Source: an uncultured Deinococcaceae bacterium (lineage in GTDB: Bacteria; Deinococcota; Deinococci; Deinococcales; Deinococcaceae). Taken from it: a stretch of 64,000 nt of DNA. The notes under the pieces were generated by a model. It was not told where the DNA came from. It saw only the letters and a program-made list of their open reading frames with translations, and did no database searches. A program made the position numbers and the translations under genes. The stretch is taken from assembly GCA_964252075.1 (NCBI GenBank), contig CAXULY010000005.1:32001-96000 (forward strand), read 5' to 3'. Below, in pieces: positions 38,369-47,900 of the stretch; position 1 is the first letter of the stretch, and the number at the start of each line of letters is the position of its first letter.

Positions 38369-39675
38369 CGGTCTGAAAGAAACGGCTTAATTATTTTAGC
38401 GATTTCATGCGCAATCGGACGCGCTTGATGGAGCTCTTGCTTTGCAAGCTTTTTCTTGCCGCGTTTGTAATAAATCAGAACGTTTTCCAAATACTTAGAA
38501 ACTTCCGCTGCTTTATCTGGGTCAATTCGTCGGTCCACATGCCAGTTCGCATTTTTAACCATCATCTGCCAATTTTGCCGTTCCAGCAGCTTCAGCCGCT
38601 CACCAACTATGTCTTGGAACAACTCAAGCAACTTGGGATTCGCAAAGGACGCGGGGTATCCAGTCCGGGGCGTGTGAACCGTCTTTTTCGACAGTGAGAA
38701 TTTGGTGAGATCCTCCTCGCGGACGATCGGCGGTAGACTGTCGGGCAAGCCGCCCATGAACTGCTCAATGGTGGGGGCTCGAATGATGTATCGTCCGGCG
38801 TCGAATGGGTCTGGGAGGACGCAAACCAGGGTGTAGATCGGGTGCTTTGTCGTTTCCCTGAGGCGCGCACCTCCTTCGGCATCCAGCTCCCGGATGACGA
38901 CATCGTCCGTCCCCGGGTGGCTGACGTACCCGATGAGCGGCCCCTGGGTCCATTCGGGTTGTGTCGGCCGACACCTAAGGTCGTGCTCCAGCTCGCGCCA
39001 AGTGACACTGGACTTGATGGCGGCGTTGATGAAACTGCGGCGCGAGGAGTAGCCGGATCGGCAGTGGTGCAGGCGGTACCGCTCCCCGTGTCGTTCGGTC
39101 AGCATCATGTCCCCCGAGAGCGGGACGTGGAGGACGACCGGGGTGCCGCAGAGTCGGCAATGCTGTGGATAGAACAGGCCCCGCTTCAAACGGTTGTCTC
39201 GCACGATCGCGGGCAGGAATTCCAGGGTGGTCTGCCGCCGATCGTAGTAGCCGCTCAGGACGGCCGTCGGGATATGGGTGGTGCTGGCGTAGCTGCTCTG
39301 GCCGCCTTTGTCCTGAACGTCCTCAGCGATTCGTTCCAGCAGTTTTAGGAAGTGCAGTGGGGCTGACTCTAGCCAGGATCGGTATCGGCCTGGGGAAGTA
39401 CTGAGGCTGAGCGTGTAATTCGGGCACTCGTGCTTGGGCCAGGGCCAGCCCCACTCGTCGAACAGGACGACACTCCCATAATGGTTCATATAAATGTAGA
39501 TGGGTTGCCCACAATGCCAGCAGTCAGTCGGGATACGTACTGATTGCCCACGTCGCGCTAGGGTGCTTTCTAGGAGCGCCACTGGCCCAAAGTTCCCGCC
39601 ACCGCCGATGCCTAAGTGTCCCTCGCCGCCCCAGCCGCAGGTACAGCCCGGTGGATGGTTCCACGCATTGCACAT
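38365..39675 (-). CDS. Cys/His-rich hypothetical protein with repeated zinc-ribbon-like motifs
   Basis: MCNAWNH..GCTCGWGG, CWHCG...WPKHEC, CRLCG...HHC. Confidence 0.7.
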   Translation of the reverse strand: MCNAWNHPPGCTCGWGGEGHLGIGGGGNFGPVALLESTLARRGQSVRIPTDCWHCGQPIYIYMNHYGSVVLFDEWGWPWPKHECPNYTLSLSTSPGRYRSWLESAPLHFLKLLERIAEDVQDKGGQSSYASTTHIPTAVLSGYYDRRQTTLEFLPAIVRDNRLKRGLFYPQHCRLCGTPVVLHVPLSGDMMLTERHGERYRLHHCRSGYSSRRSFINAAIKSSVTWRELEHDLRCRPTQPEWTQGPLIGYVSHPGTDDVVIRELDAEGGARLRETTKHPIYTLVCVLPDPFDAGRYIIRAPTIEQFMGGLPDSLPPIVREEDLTKFSLSKKTVHTPRTGYPASFANPKLLELFQDIVGERLKLLERQNWQMMVKNANWHVDRRIDPDKAAEVSKYLENVLIYYKRGKKKLAKQELHQARPIAHEIAKIIKPFLSDR

Positions 39676-39921
39676 ATGGCGCTCATCATAAACACGTTGG
39701 CTTGCAATGCTGTCACAGCGATTAGGAAGTAGGCCGCGACCGACCATATTGACCTGTAGCAGAAGGAGAGGGGGCACATATCAAAGATCCGTTCACTTGT
39801 CTGTCTATGACCGTCATGCCTTCTGCACCGGCATCAAGTAGGGCAGGCCTTCGAAGCGGCGCTCCAGCAGTCCACTCCGAAGACCTTCACTGTTCTTGCA
39901 TACAGTGGCCCGCCCCGCAGG

Positions 39922-40146
39922 TCAGGACCGCTTAGCCTCGATGGTTCCCCGCCGAGCCAAGAAAACATCCAGGTCTTCGGGGAGGATGCGCACGAGGTTC
40001 TCGCCCAGGCGGAGGGCAGTGAGCTTCTCGTCCCGCACCCAGCGCCGCACGGTGTCCTCGTGCACCTTGAGGTGGAGCGCCACGTCGTGGTAGGTCAGGG
40101 CGGTGGTCCGGGGGTCCAGGTAGTGGTAGAGGTCGCGCTTCGGCAT
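39922..40146 (-). CDS. Excisionase-like HTH protein
   Basis: LT..DVA.HL.VHEDTVRRWV....L.A.R.G...VRI. Confidence 0.85.
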   Translation of the reverse strand: MPKRDLYHYLDPRTTALTYHDVALHLKVHEDTVRRWVRDEKLTALRLGENLVRILPEDLDVFLARRGTIEAKRS

Positions 40147-40242
40147 ACCTGTACTGTGGGAGGGGCGTGGGGCATGGGGCAGCAGGCACCCGCACCGACC
40201 CACCCGGACCTGCAATCAGATCTGGTGCCCCGCGGGGCATGG

Positions 40243-40707
40243 TTAGGGGAGGGGAAAGTTCACGGCTGGGAGGCCTGCCGCGATCAGGGCCGCATCGTAC
40301 GACCGCGCCGCCGATTCCATGTCGGGGAACAGGCCTAGGTGCGTCTGCCTGGACTCACCGGGGAGCGTGATGACGGCCCGGTACCGCTGGCCATGTGGGC
40401 CCACACCGATGAAGCGGCCCTGTGCACGCTTCTGCTTGCGGCCCCTGGGGTGGGCGACGAGGTTACTCCGCCGAAAGTCCATGCGGTCGCCGTTGGCGTG
40501 GCGCCAGCACATCCCCTCTGGAGCGGGACCTAACAGGAAGGTGGCAAGGGTCTGCCCCCGGACCCGGCCGTTCAGTCGGTAGCTGCGCTTGATGTTCCCG
40601 AGGCGCGCGAGGTGCCAGGCGTGTAGGGCAGCCCGATCATGGTCAGGAGCGTCGAGGAGGCACGGGACATTGGAGTTGCGGAGCTGGAGTCGAGTGGTGG
40701 GCGTCAT
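40243..40707 (-). CDS. HNH-AP2 domain protein (HNH degenerate)
   Basis: HANGDRMDFRRSNL; FIGV...YRAVI...HLG.F...AARSYD. Confidence 0.8.
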   Translation of the reverse strand: MTPTTRLQLRNSNVPCLLDAPDHDRAALHAWHLARLGNIKRSYRLNGRVRGQTLATFLLGPAPEGMCWRHANGDRMDFRRSNLVAHPRGRKQKRAQGRFIGVGPHGQRYRAVITLPGESRQTHLGLFPDMESAARSYDAALIAAGLPAVNFPLP

Positions 40708-40821
40708 GCCCCAGATTGTGTCAGGCCTAGGATACAGGCGTCCTGGACCGCCGCTGTGGATGGCGGAGGCCTGCGTTCCCCTCATGGTGCAGGTGTGAGC
40801 GGTTTCGACCCACCCCCCCGG

Positions 40822-41076
40822 TTACCCTGGTGCGGTGCCGTCTGGGTCGAACTCGAACAGGTCATTGAACAGCACGTCCTCGCCGGTCAACTTCCGCAGG
40901 GCCACCAGCAGGGCCGCCAGCGTCGGGAAGTCAATGCGCGCGAGTTCGTCGCCCTTGCGCAACAGACGATAGACAGTGCTTCGACTCAATGCTGGTGATG
41001 TTTCAGCAACCACACGGCTGGCCGCCAACCCGTGTAAGTGGAGAAACTCTTCTAGCTTGATGCGGACTACGGCCAT
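40822..41076 (-). CDS. Cro/C1-type HTH regulator
   Basis: LSRSTVYRL...RIDFPTL...DLFEF. Confidence 0.75.
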   Translation of the reverse strand: MAVVRIKLEEFLHLHGLAASRVVAETSPALSRSTVYRLLRKGDELARIDFPTLAALLVALRKLTGEDVLFNDLFEFDPDGTAPG

Positions 41077-41215
41077 CAGTGTGGGCAGCATATCAAGGCA
41101 AGAATGTAATGGCACTTGCCGCTTTGTATGACTAGTGATACAGTCCGGTAACCGGGAAGGGTCGGGCCTAGGAAACCTATGGCCCTCCCCGGAACCCAAC
41201 TGCAAGGAGTGGATC

Positions 41216-41791
41216 GTGAACAACGATAGCCCACCGGCCACCACCCATGGCCCAAAGTTCCTGAGCGCCGACGAGAGCGTGCCCTATCTCGAAGCCAGCG
41301 GCCAGCAGCTTCTTCAGCGCCTGCTGAACAACCCCATGCCGGACCACCCACTGCACCCCGTGTGTGTGGACTTACTGGCCCACCTCGCCGACCTGCTGGA
41401 GGATCTCTGGCTGGCACGGCCCGCCACCCTTTCACGTCTGTCCATCATCGGCGGCGACTTCCTCTACCTGTCTCTGGTCGAGACGGGCCGCACCGTGATA
41501 ATCGACCTTGTGGACCTGCTCCTCGAGTTGCTGAGCACCAGCGGTCCCCGGCCCGAGCTCACCTACGCCGAGGGCCTGCGCCATCTCGCTGTGCAGACCC
41601 AGGCCCTGCTGGCCGCTCAAGCCGAGCCGACACAGCGAACCCAGGAACGGCGCGCGATCGCCCTCAGTCTGGCCCTGCTGCAGGAACACGCCCTGCGCAT
41701 CGTCGAGCGCTGGCGGCCACAACTCGCGATCTGGCTAAATAACCCGCAGGTCGACACCCTCCCCCTCAAGCGGTGCGGTGGATCTCAGTGA
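41216..41791 (+). CDS. Hypothetical protein
   Basis: AAGGAG RBS before GTG; overlaps the next gene. Confidence 0.6.
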   Translation: MNNDSPPATTHGPKFLSADESVPYLEASGQQLLQRLLNNPMPDHPLHPVCVDLLAHLADLLEDLWLARPATLSRLSIIGGDFLYLSLVETGRTVIIDLVDLLLELLSTSGPRPELTYAEGLRHLAVQTQALLAAQAEPTQRTQERRAIALSLALLQEHALRIVERWRPQLAIWLNNPQVDTLPLKRCGGSQ

Positions 41792-42390
41792 TTCCCGCTC
41801 CCCACTCGAACGCAGACCATATCTATGTCCCACTCCACGGCCGCAACGCGCGAGGTCGCCGCGCGGTGGTCGATGCGGATCTGCCGAATCTGGCGCGCAT
41901 CCTGGCCCTGCGCTGGTACGTGAACAGCAAGGGCTACGTATTCGCCGAGGTGGGGCCACGGACAGGGCGCGGGCGGCGGACCGCACGCCTGCATCAGGTG
42001 GTGCTTGGCCTGGAAGGGCGGGCGGTGGGTCGGGCGGGGCAGGTCGACCACCTGAACCACGACCTGCTGGACAACCGCCGCGCGAACCTGCGTCCCGTCA
42101 CACCGAGCGAGAACACCATGAACCGGCGGGTGGGTCACACCGGCACCAGCCGTTACCGGGGTGTGAGCCACCACCGGGGCCGCTGGCGGGCGCGCCTACG
42201 GTACGGCCACACGGCGGTGTCCATCGGCATCTTCGACACCGAGCGGGATGCGGCGCTGGCGTACGACGTGGTGGCGGTGTTCCTGCTGGGCGTGCTGGCG
42301 CAGCCCAACTTCGAGGAGCGCGCCCGTTACCAGGTGGCGGCGGACCGCATGCTGCGCATCTACAACCTCGCGCGCGGGCGGCAGGACTGA
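41788..42390 (+). CDS. HNH endonuclease with AP2 domain
   Basis: VDHLNHDLLDNRRANL...EN; SRYRGV...WRAR...IG.FDTE..AALAYD. Confidence 0.88.
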   Translation: MIPAPHSNADHIYVPLHGRNARGRRAVVDADLPNLARILALRWYVNSKGYVFAEVGPRTGRGRRTARLHQVVLGLEGRAVGRAGQVDHLNHDLLDNRRANLRPVTPSENTMNRRVGHTGTSRYRGVSHHRGRWRARLRYGHTAVSIGIFDTERDAALAYDVVAVFLLGVLAQPNFEERARYQVAADRMLRIYNLARGRQD

Positions 42391-42719
42391 CCCTTGCTGC
42401 CCCGCGGGGCGGCAAGCTTTCAGATCGTGCCTATAAGGCTTGGTAGCTCCGCTCCTGCTGGTGCTTTTGCTGTTTATCTTCCTACGCCACCACGACAGGA
42501 CTTGGGTGGGTTTCCTACGTCACCGGAGCGGGACCGAGGATTGGTGCCTTCAACGTCGTCTAGAACGATGAATTTCTCTTATAGAGCGGAGAAGTCAGAA
42601 GGAATCTGTCTAGCAGATGCCCCGCGGGGCACGGCCAAATCAGCCCGTGCCCTAAGCGGGAGAGACAGTGCCTTCAGAAACGTACGGCGAAAGTCCGAGG
42701 CGTTTCGGGAGGATAGACG

Positions 42720-42935
42720 GTGAAGAAAGACACTACGGTCCATCCGGACCTCCTGACCGTTCAGCAGGTCGCTGATCGTCTGCAGCTTGGCCGCAACAAG
42801 GTGTATGCCTTGGTCAATAGCCACGCGATTCCAGCCTTTCGAGTGGGCGGCAGCATCCGTGTCCCTCGTGAGGCACTGGGACGGTGGGTCGACGCGCAGT
42901 GCCAGAGCCCGAAGGCCCTGTCACGGAACCAATAA
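42720..42935 (+). CDS. Excisionase-like HTH protein
   Basis: LLTVQQVADRLQLGRNKVY....IPAFRVGGSIRVP. Confidence 0.88.
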   Translation: MKKDTTVHPDLLTVQQVADRLQLGRNKVYALVNSHAIPAFRVGGSIRVPREALGRWVDAQCQSPKALSRNQ

Positions 42936-42975
42936 CTTCCGGGCGCTTGGAAGCGCCCGGCTTGAAAGGACAACC

Positions 42976-44157
42976 ATGGATAAATCAAAAGACCGTGCGC
43001 GTCAGCGCGTAAAGGGCAACGGCCAGGGAACGGTGGAGCAGTTGCCCAGTGGGAGGTGGCGCTGGCGGGTCAGCGTCGGGATGGACAGCAACGGCCAGCA
43101 GATCCGCCGCAGCGGCACCGCTATCAATAAGACGGAGGCAAATCGTGCACTGTCGCGGGCCATCGCCGACCGTGATCGTGGACTGCTCGCCCAGCACCAG
43201 CACGTCAGGCTGGGCGAATGGCTCGACAACTGGCTGGCCGGCCGCAAGCCTCACCTCAGCCCCACGACCCACGACATGTATCAGCGTTACCTCAGGCTGT
43301 ATGTGCCATTGCAGCTTCGCCAGGTGCGCCTGCACGAAATCAAGGTCATCCATCTGCGTGGACTGGACGCCACTCTGCTGGAACGTCGTCTCTCCTCGGC
43401 CACGCGCGGCAAAGTGTTTGCCCTGCTTCGCTCAGCCCTGGACGCGGCGCTCGAAGACGGCCATCTGGTCAGCAACCCTGCGCGCCTGATCCGCATCCAG
43501 GCGCAGACTGCCGAACGCCAGCAGCAGAAGCGCAAGGCGCTCACGGTCGATGAACTGCGCCGCTTCATGGAGGCGGCGGCCAGCCATGAACTCTACCCGC
43601 TGGTATACACCCTGTTCTCGCTGGGTTTGCGCCGGGGAGAAGTGCTCGGCCTGCGATGGCAGGACATTGACCTGGATCACGGGACGATTCAGGTTGAACA
43701 GCAGGTACGACTGATGGGTAATCGGCCCGAGATCGGACCGCTCAAGACTGAATCGTCACGGCGCCTTCTGTACGCGAGCCAGGACCTGCTCGACCTGCTG
43801 GCTCGACACCAGCGTGAGCAGGCGGAGCGCCGCGGTGTCATCGGCTCAGCCTGGCCGGATACCGATCTCGTGTTTACAAGCGCCGTCGGCACCATGTTGG
43901 ACCCGCACAACCTGAATCGGGCGATTGCGGTGATCTGCAAGAGGGCTGGGCTTGCTCGGTTTGGGTCGCACACTGGGCGGCATACGAACATCAGTCACCG
44001 CCTGAAGGCAGGCGAGCAGTTGGAGGTGGTTGCTGCCATCGCAGGCCACCGCGACCCACGCACCACCGCTGGGCAATACCGGACTGTCTTTGAGGACGAG
44101 AAGCGTCGAGCGGTCTACAGCTTGGCGGATCACCTCAAGGCGAAGGAGGGCGAATAA
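42976..44157 (+). CDS. int: Tyrosine integrase
   Basis: GNGQGT N-terminal arm; GLRRGE, LKT, HTGRH, AGH, catalytic Y present. Confidence 0.93.
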   Translation: MDKSKDRARQRVKGNGQGTVEQLPSGRWRWRVSVGMDSNGQQIRRSGTAINKTEANRALSRAIADRDRGLLAQHQHVRLGEWLDNWLAGRKPHLSPTTHDMYQRYLRLYVPLQLRQVRLHEIKVIHLRGLDATLLERRLSSATRGKVFALLRSALDAALEDGHLVSNPARLIRIQAQTAERQQQKRKALTVDELRRFMEAAASHELYPLVYTLFSLGLRRGEVLGLRWQDIDLDHGTIQVEQQVRLMGNRPEIGPLKTESSRRLLYASQDLLDLLARHQREQAERRGVIGSAWPDTDLVFTSAVGTMLDPHNLNRAIAVICKRAGLARFGSHTGRHTNISHRLKAGEQLEVVAAIAGHRDPRTTAGQYRTVFEDEKRRAVYSLADHLKAKEGE

Positions 44158-44260
44158 TGCCGCCCTCGCGGCAACACGATCCGGGCTCATTGTCTCCACG
44201 CCCCTCATTCAGTAAGTCCTGCCGCTCGTGCCCCGCGGGGCACGAAGCGCCCAAGGAGTG

Positions 44261-44593
44261 ATGATGCATTCAGCCCATCTCGTCTCTGACAACGTCGGCA
44301 TCCAGCCGGTCAACCTTACTTTCAGGGCGCTGGATTACATGCCCGGATTCGGCACCAAGCGGTGTCACCCGTCCGTTTTGCCGATCAAGAAGCCCGGTGA
44401 ACGCTATTTGGAAGCCAGCACCTGCATTCACTGGGTCGCCTATCTGGAATACACCGGCGAAACGGCGTTCACCGGCGTGATGAACCACATGGAAAGCCGC
44501 GGACGCGTTATCTGCGGGCGCGAAGTGAACTTGGTGAATGACACTCTGTCTGACCACATTGACCTCTGTCTGCTCGTGATCGGTCAGGGCTGA
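44261..44593 (+). CDS. Hypothetical protein
   Basis: AAGGAG RBS; ends 3 nt before the rep gene. Confidence 0.5.
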   Translation: MMHSAHLVSDNVGIQPVNLTFRALDYMPGFGTKRCHPSVLPIKKPGERYLEASTCIHWVAYLEYTGETAFTGVMNHMESRGRVICGREVNLVNDTLSDHIDLCLLVIGQG

Positions 44594-44596
44594 GCC

Positions 44597-45718
44597 GTGC
44601 CCAACCTGTACAGCACGCTATGGGGCATGGACCCCGAGACCGAAGCCTCCATCACCGAAGAATTTTTGCAAAACCGCAACCAGCGTGAGTTGCCCATGTC
44701 TTTGTACTGGGAACTGGACGTCATTCCCTGGAGCGTCTGGGCATCTCGCGTGTACATGCACTTCATCCGCCGTGCAGGAAAGGACGGCAAAATCTACCCC
44801 AGCTACGCCAGCATCGGCGAACAGTGCTTTCGCGCCACCATGCCGAACGCCAAGTCGGAAAGCCTGCGGCGTAGGGCTATTGAGGCTGTCAAGGAGCTGA
44901 TCAACCTTGGGTTGATCTGCCGCCTGCACCGCTCGGCGGCCAGTGGCAACAACCAGAGCAACATCTACCTGCTGTGCCGCACCAGCGAATGGCTGGAGAG
45001 CGCCAAGGTCGCCACCCCACCCCAGCGTGGGCCTTCTGGGAAGCGCCAGGGAAAGACTCGTAAGTCTCGGCAGGGGGGTGATCCGGGATCACCCCCTGGT
45101 GTTGTGGGAACACCCCCTGGTGATGGGGGGGCACTCAAAGATATTCAGATTGAAGAGAATCAACGTAAAGGAATACAACCCCTTACCGCCCCTGCGGGCG
45201 GTGGCGACACCGAATGGCTGGCGGCCCTGGGTGGTCGGCTCGCAGATGCACATCGGCCTCAGGAAGCCACTGCCATTCATCAAGCGCCGCCTACAAAGGC
45301 TTCCGAACAGCAAGACGCAAGGAACGTTTTTCCTGTGGCTCCTGAGATTGCCCCGCGACCACGGAAGGAGGTAATGCCGGCGGCGGTGCTGAATCCTATG
45401 AAGGCGGCAGTGGCCGAGGGCTGCTGGCCTGGAGAGACGCCAGGTGACTGGGGCTACATCACCAACGCTGCCAAGAGCCTGATCTCGCAGGGCTTCACGC
45501 CTGAAGAGGTGCGCACCATGTGCGCCGAGCTGCACGAGAACTCAGGCTGGTCTGGCAAGGTGACGCCCGGCGCCATCGCCAAGTATGCGCTGACCTGGCG
45601 CACCAGCAAGAAGAAGCTGGCCCCGACCCCGAAGGTCAAGGGCCTGCACGCCAATTACGAAGCCAACCTGCAGGCGGCCTGTGAGGCCTTCTCCGACCTG
45701 CCGAAACGAGACTGGTAA
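44597..45718 (+). CDS. Phage-type replication initiator (winged HTH)
   Basis: IYPSYASI...AVKELINLGLI...QSNIY; internal iterons. Confidence 0.75.
   Translation: MPNLYSTLWGMDPETEASITEEFLQNRNQRELPMSLYWELDVIPWSVWASRVYMHFIRRAGKDGKIYPSYASIGEQCFRATMPNAKSESLRRRAIEAVKELINLGLICRLHRSAASGNNQSNIYLLCRTSEWLESAKVATPPQRGPSGKRQGKTRKSRQGGDPGSPPGVVGTPPGDGGALKDIQIEENQRKGIQPLTAPAGGGDTEWLAALGGRLADAHRPQEATAIHQAPPTKASEQQDARNVFPVAPEIAPRPRKEVMPAAVLNPMKAAVAEGCWPGETPGDWGYITNAAKSLISQGFTPEEVRTMCAELHENSGWSGKVTPGAIAKYALTWRTSKKKLAPTPKVKGLHANYEANLQAACEAFSDLPKRDW
45077..45179. other. Putative replication origin (iterons plus A-rich tract) within the rep gene
   Basis: GGTG-N9-CAC(C/T) three times at a 21-bp period, then an A-rich stretch. 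Confidence 0.6.
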
Positions 45719-46416
45719 TGACCGACATCCAATGCCCCCTCTGCGCCGCCGACCCCTTCACCGCACTGCGTGACAGCGTCGGTCGCCTGACCACGCTGCT
45801 GCACCGGTGCGACTGCGCCTTCGGCAATCAGAGCCTTGCGTACCAGCAGGGCGTCGAGCGCATCGTCAACGGCTCCAAAAACCTCTTCGCCTTCACCGAG
45901 GCGCTGCCCGAGATCTACCGCGAATACACGCTAGAGGGGTACCGGGTCCACGACGACAACCGCAGCGGATTCAAAGCGGCATGCCACTTGGAGACGGGCA
46001 ACCTGCTGCTTTTGCAGGGGCCCCGCGGCACCGGCAAGACGCGCCTCGCGGTGGGCGGCGCCAGCAAGCTGATCGCGCACACCGGCGTGACTGGGTCGTT
46101 CTGGAGTGAGCTGGAGCTGGTCGAGCGGCTGTTCGACAGCTACAAAGGCCTCGCCGAGAAGCCCGATCTCAAGTCGCCGGGCGTCCTGATCATCGACGAC
46201 GTGGGCCGCGCCCCGCAGGACCCGCACTATTTCCGCATGTTCTTCGCCATGCTCGAATACCGCTACAGCCACCGTAAGACCACCCTCTTCACCAGCAACC
46301 TGGGCGTGCAAGAGGTGGCCGCCAGCTACTCGGCGCGCCAGGTGGATACCGAAGCCATCCTCTCGCGCCTGAAGACCGGCACCATCGTGTCTGTGAAGGG
46401 CAGGGACGAGCGATGA
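45718..46416 (+). CDS. DnaC/IstB-like helicase loader ATPase
   Basis: N-terminal CxxC..CxC; GPRGTGKT, LIIDDVG, TLFTSN, SRL. Confidence 0.88.
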   Translation: MTDIQCPLCAADPFTALRDSVGRLTTLLHRCDCAFGNQSLAYQQGVERIVNGSKNLFAFTEALPEIYREYTLEGYRVHDDNRSGFKAACHLETGNLLLLQGPRGTGKTRLAVGGASKLIAHTGVTGSFWSELELVERLFDSYKGLAEKPDLKSPGVLIIDDVGRAPQDPHYFRMFFAMLEYRYSHRKTTLFTSNLGVQEVAASYSARQVDTEAILSRLKTGTIVSVKGRDER

Positions 46417-47810
46417 GCCTGACGCCGTCGCAGGCCTTTGTGGCCATGATGGTGGAGGTCGCCCAGGAGGAGAAGGGGAACGCGCCCGCCCTGCTGATGG
46501 GTGTCTCTGAGGATGTGGACTCCACCTGGTTCCCCGAAGCCGACCGCGTGCTGTACGACACCATCCGCACGGTGCTGGCCGAGGGCAGTGTGCCGACCCT
46601 GTCGGCCCTCACCCCGCGCCTCGCACCGGATCAATTGGCCCGCCTCAAGTTCGCGGTCGCGCAGTTGCGCCAGGGCGACGAGGGTGACTTCGGCGACTGG
46701 CCCAGCGCAAGGCGCGCGCTGCGAGACGAGGCCACCAAGCGCGACCTGACCGGGCGCATCCAGAGCGGCGTGGCGGCCCTGAAGGAAGGCAAGCTGGGCG
46801 AAGCGCACACCGCCCTGGTGACCAGCCAGTTTGGCGGCACGCTGACCATCACCCGCCAGAGCACCTTCACCAAAAATGTGCTGGACGCAGGCGGCATGAC
46901 GCGCTTCATCCGCACGCCCTGGGACCTGCTGAGCAAGCAGATCGGCGGCGGCTATGGGGTGGGCGGCACCCACGCCATGAGCATCGTGATCGCGCCGACC
47001 GGCGTGGGCAAGTCAACCTGGGCACGTCAGCAGATTGCCAGCTTCATTGAGGATGGCCACCGGGTGCTGTACTTCGCGGGTGAGGCCACCCCGGAGAACG
47101 TCCTGCACGACGTGTACATGCTCACGGCGGGCATCAGCAAGGAAGCGCTCCACCAGCGGCACCCCACGGCGGTGGAGCGCTTCGAGGGGGCCCGCGCGCA
47201 CCTCGCCAGCTTCCGCGACGGCCTGACCCTGGTGACCGGCAAGTTCAGCGACATCGACGTGGTGGAGCGCGCCGCCTTTGAGGCCTCGCGCCTGGTGAGC
47301 GACAAGCGCTTGGGCCTGGCCGAGCCGCAGGCCGAGCTGATGGTGATCGTGGACAACCTCGACCACGCGGTGCGCCACCGGCTGCGCGGTGCCAAGCTGG
47401 CCGAGTGGCAGGTGTACGACGAGGCGCTGGGCGAGATGGCCGAGGCGGCCAGCCACAGCAACTACCACCTGATGAACCTCTCGCAGCCCAACGCCGAGGG
47501 CGCCAAGCTGCTCGGCCCGGCCTTCGAGGGCGACGTGCAGGGCGGGCGCCGCGCCGCCAACCACGCCGCGCTGATCATCAGTCTATGGCGGCCCCTGACC
47601 GCCGCGCACCGCGAGATGCATGACCGCGCCCAGAACCCGCACATCGCCAGCAAGCACATCATCGCCGTGCGCAAGTCGCGCGCCGGAGCCACCGACGAGC
47701 TGGAGTTCGACAGCCAATTCGGGCTGTGGCATCCTCGCGGCAAGCTGCCCATCAAGCGCACGTTCGGCCCCAAGACCTTGGTCGCCAACCCCAACGTGCT
47801 GCCCTTCTAA
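46413..47810 (+). CDS. DnaB-like helicase
   Basis: APTGVGKS, VLYF.GE, VIVD.L, LSQ, VRKSRAG. Confidence 0.8.
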   Translation: MSLTPSQAFVAMMVEVAQEEKGNAPALLMGVSEDVDSTWFPEADRVLYDTIRTVLAEGSVPTLSALTPRLAPDQLARLKFAVAQLRQGDEGDFGDWPSARRALRDEATKRDLTGRIQSGVAALKEGKLGEAHTALVTSQFGGTLTITRQSTFTKNVLDAGGMTRFIRTPWDLLSKQIGGGYGVGGTHAMSIVIAPTGVGKSTWARQQIASFIEDGHRVLYFAGEATPENVLHDVYMLTAGISKEALHQRHPTAVERFEGARAHLASFRDGLTLVTGKFSDIDVVERAAFEASRLVSDKRLGLAEPQAELMVIVDNLDHAVRHRLRGAKLAEWQVYDEALGEMAEAASHSNYHLMNLSQPNAEGAKLLGPAFEGDVQGGRRAANHAALIISLWRPLTAAHREMHDRAQNPHIASKHIIAVRKSRAGATDELEFDSQFGLWHPRGKLPIKRTFGPKTLVANPNVLPF

Positions 47811-47900
47811 GGAATCAATGACCCGAATGGACCGAGTGATCGAACACCTTGCCGGCACATCCATTGCTCTCGATTAGGTGCTTGTACACCCAGGTATCTA

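Noticed and set aside
42478..42525. TCCTACG repeats (also near 31294) as att sites of a nested element
   Set aside because: Match is only 7-8 bp; insufficient evidence
39922..47810. Intact prophage
   Set aside because: No terminase, capsid, tail or lysis genes between the att sites
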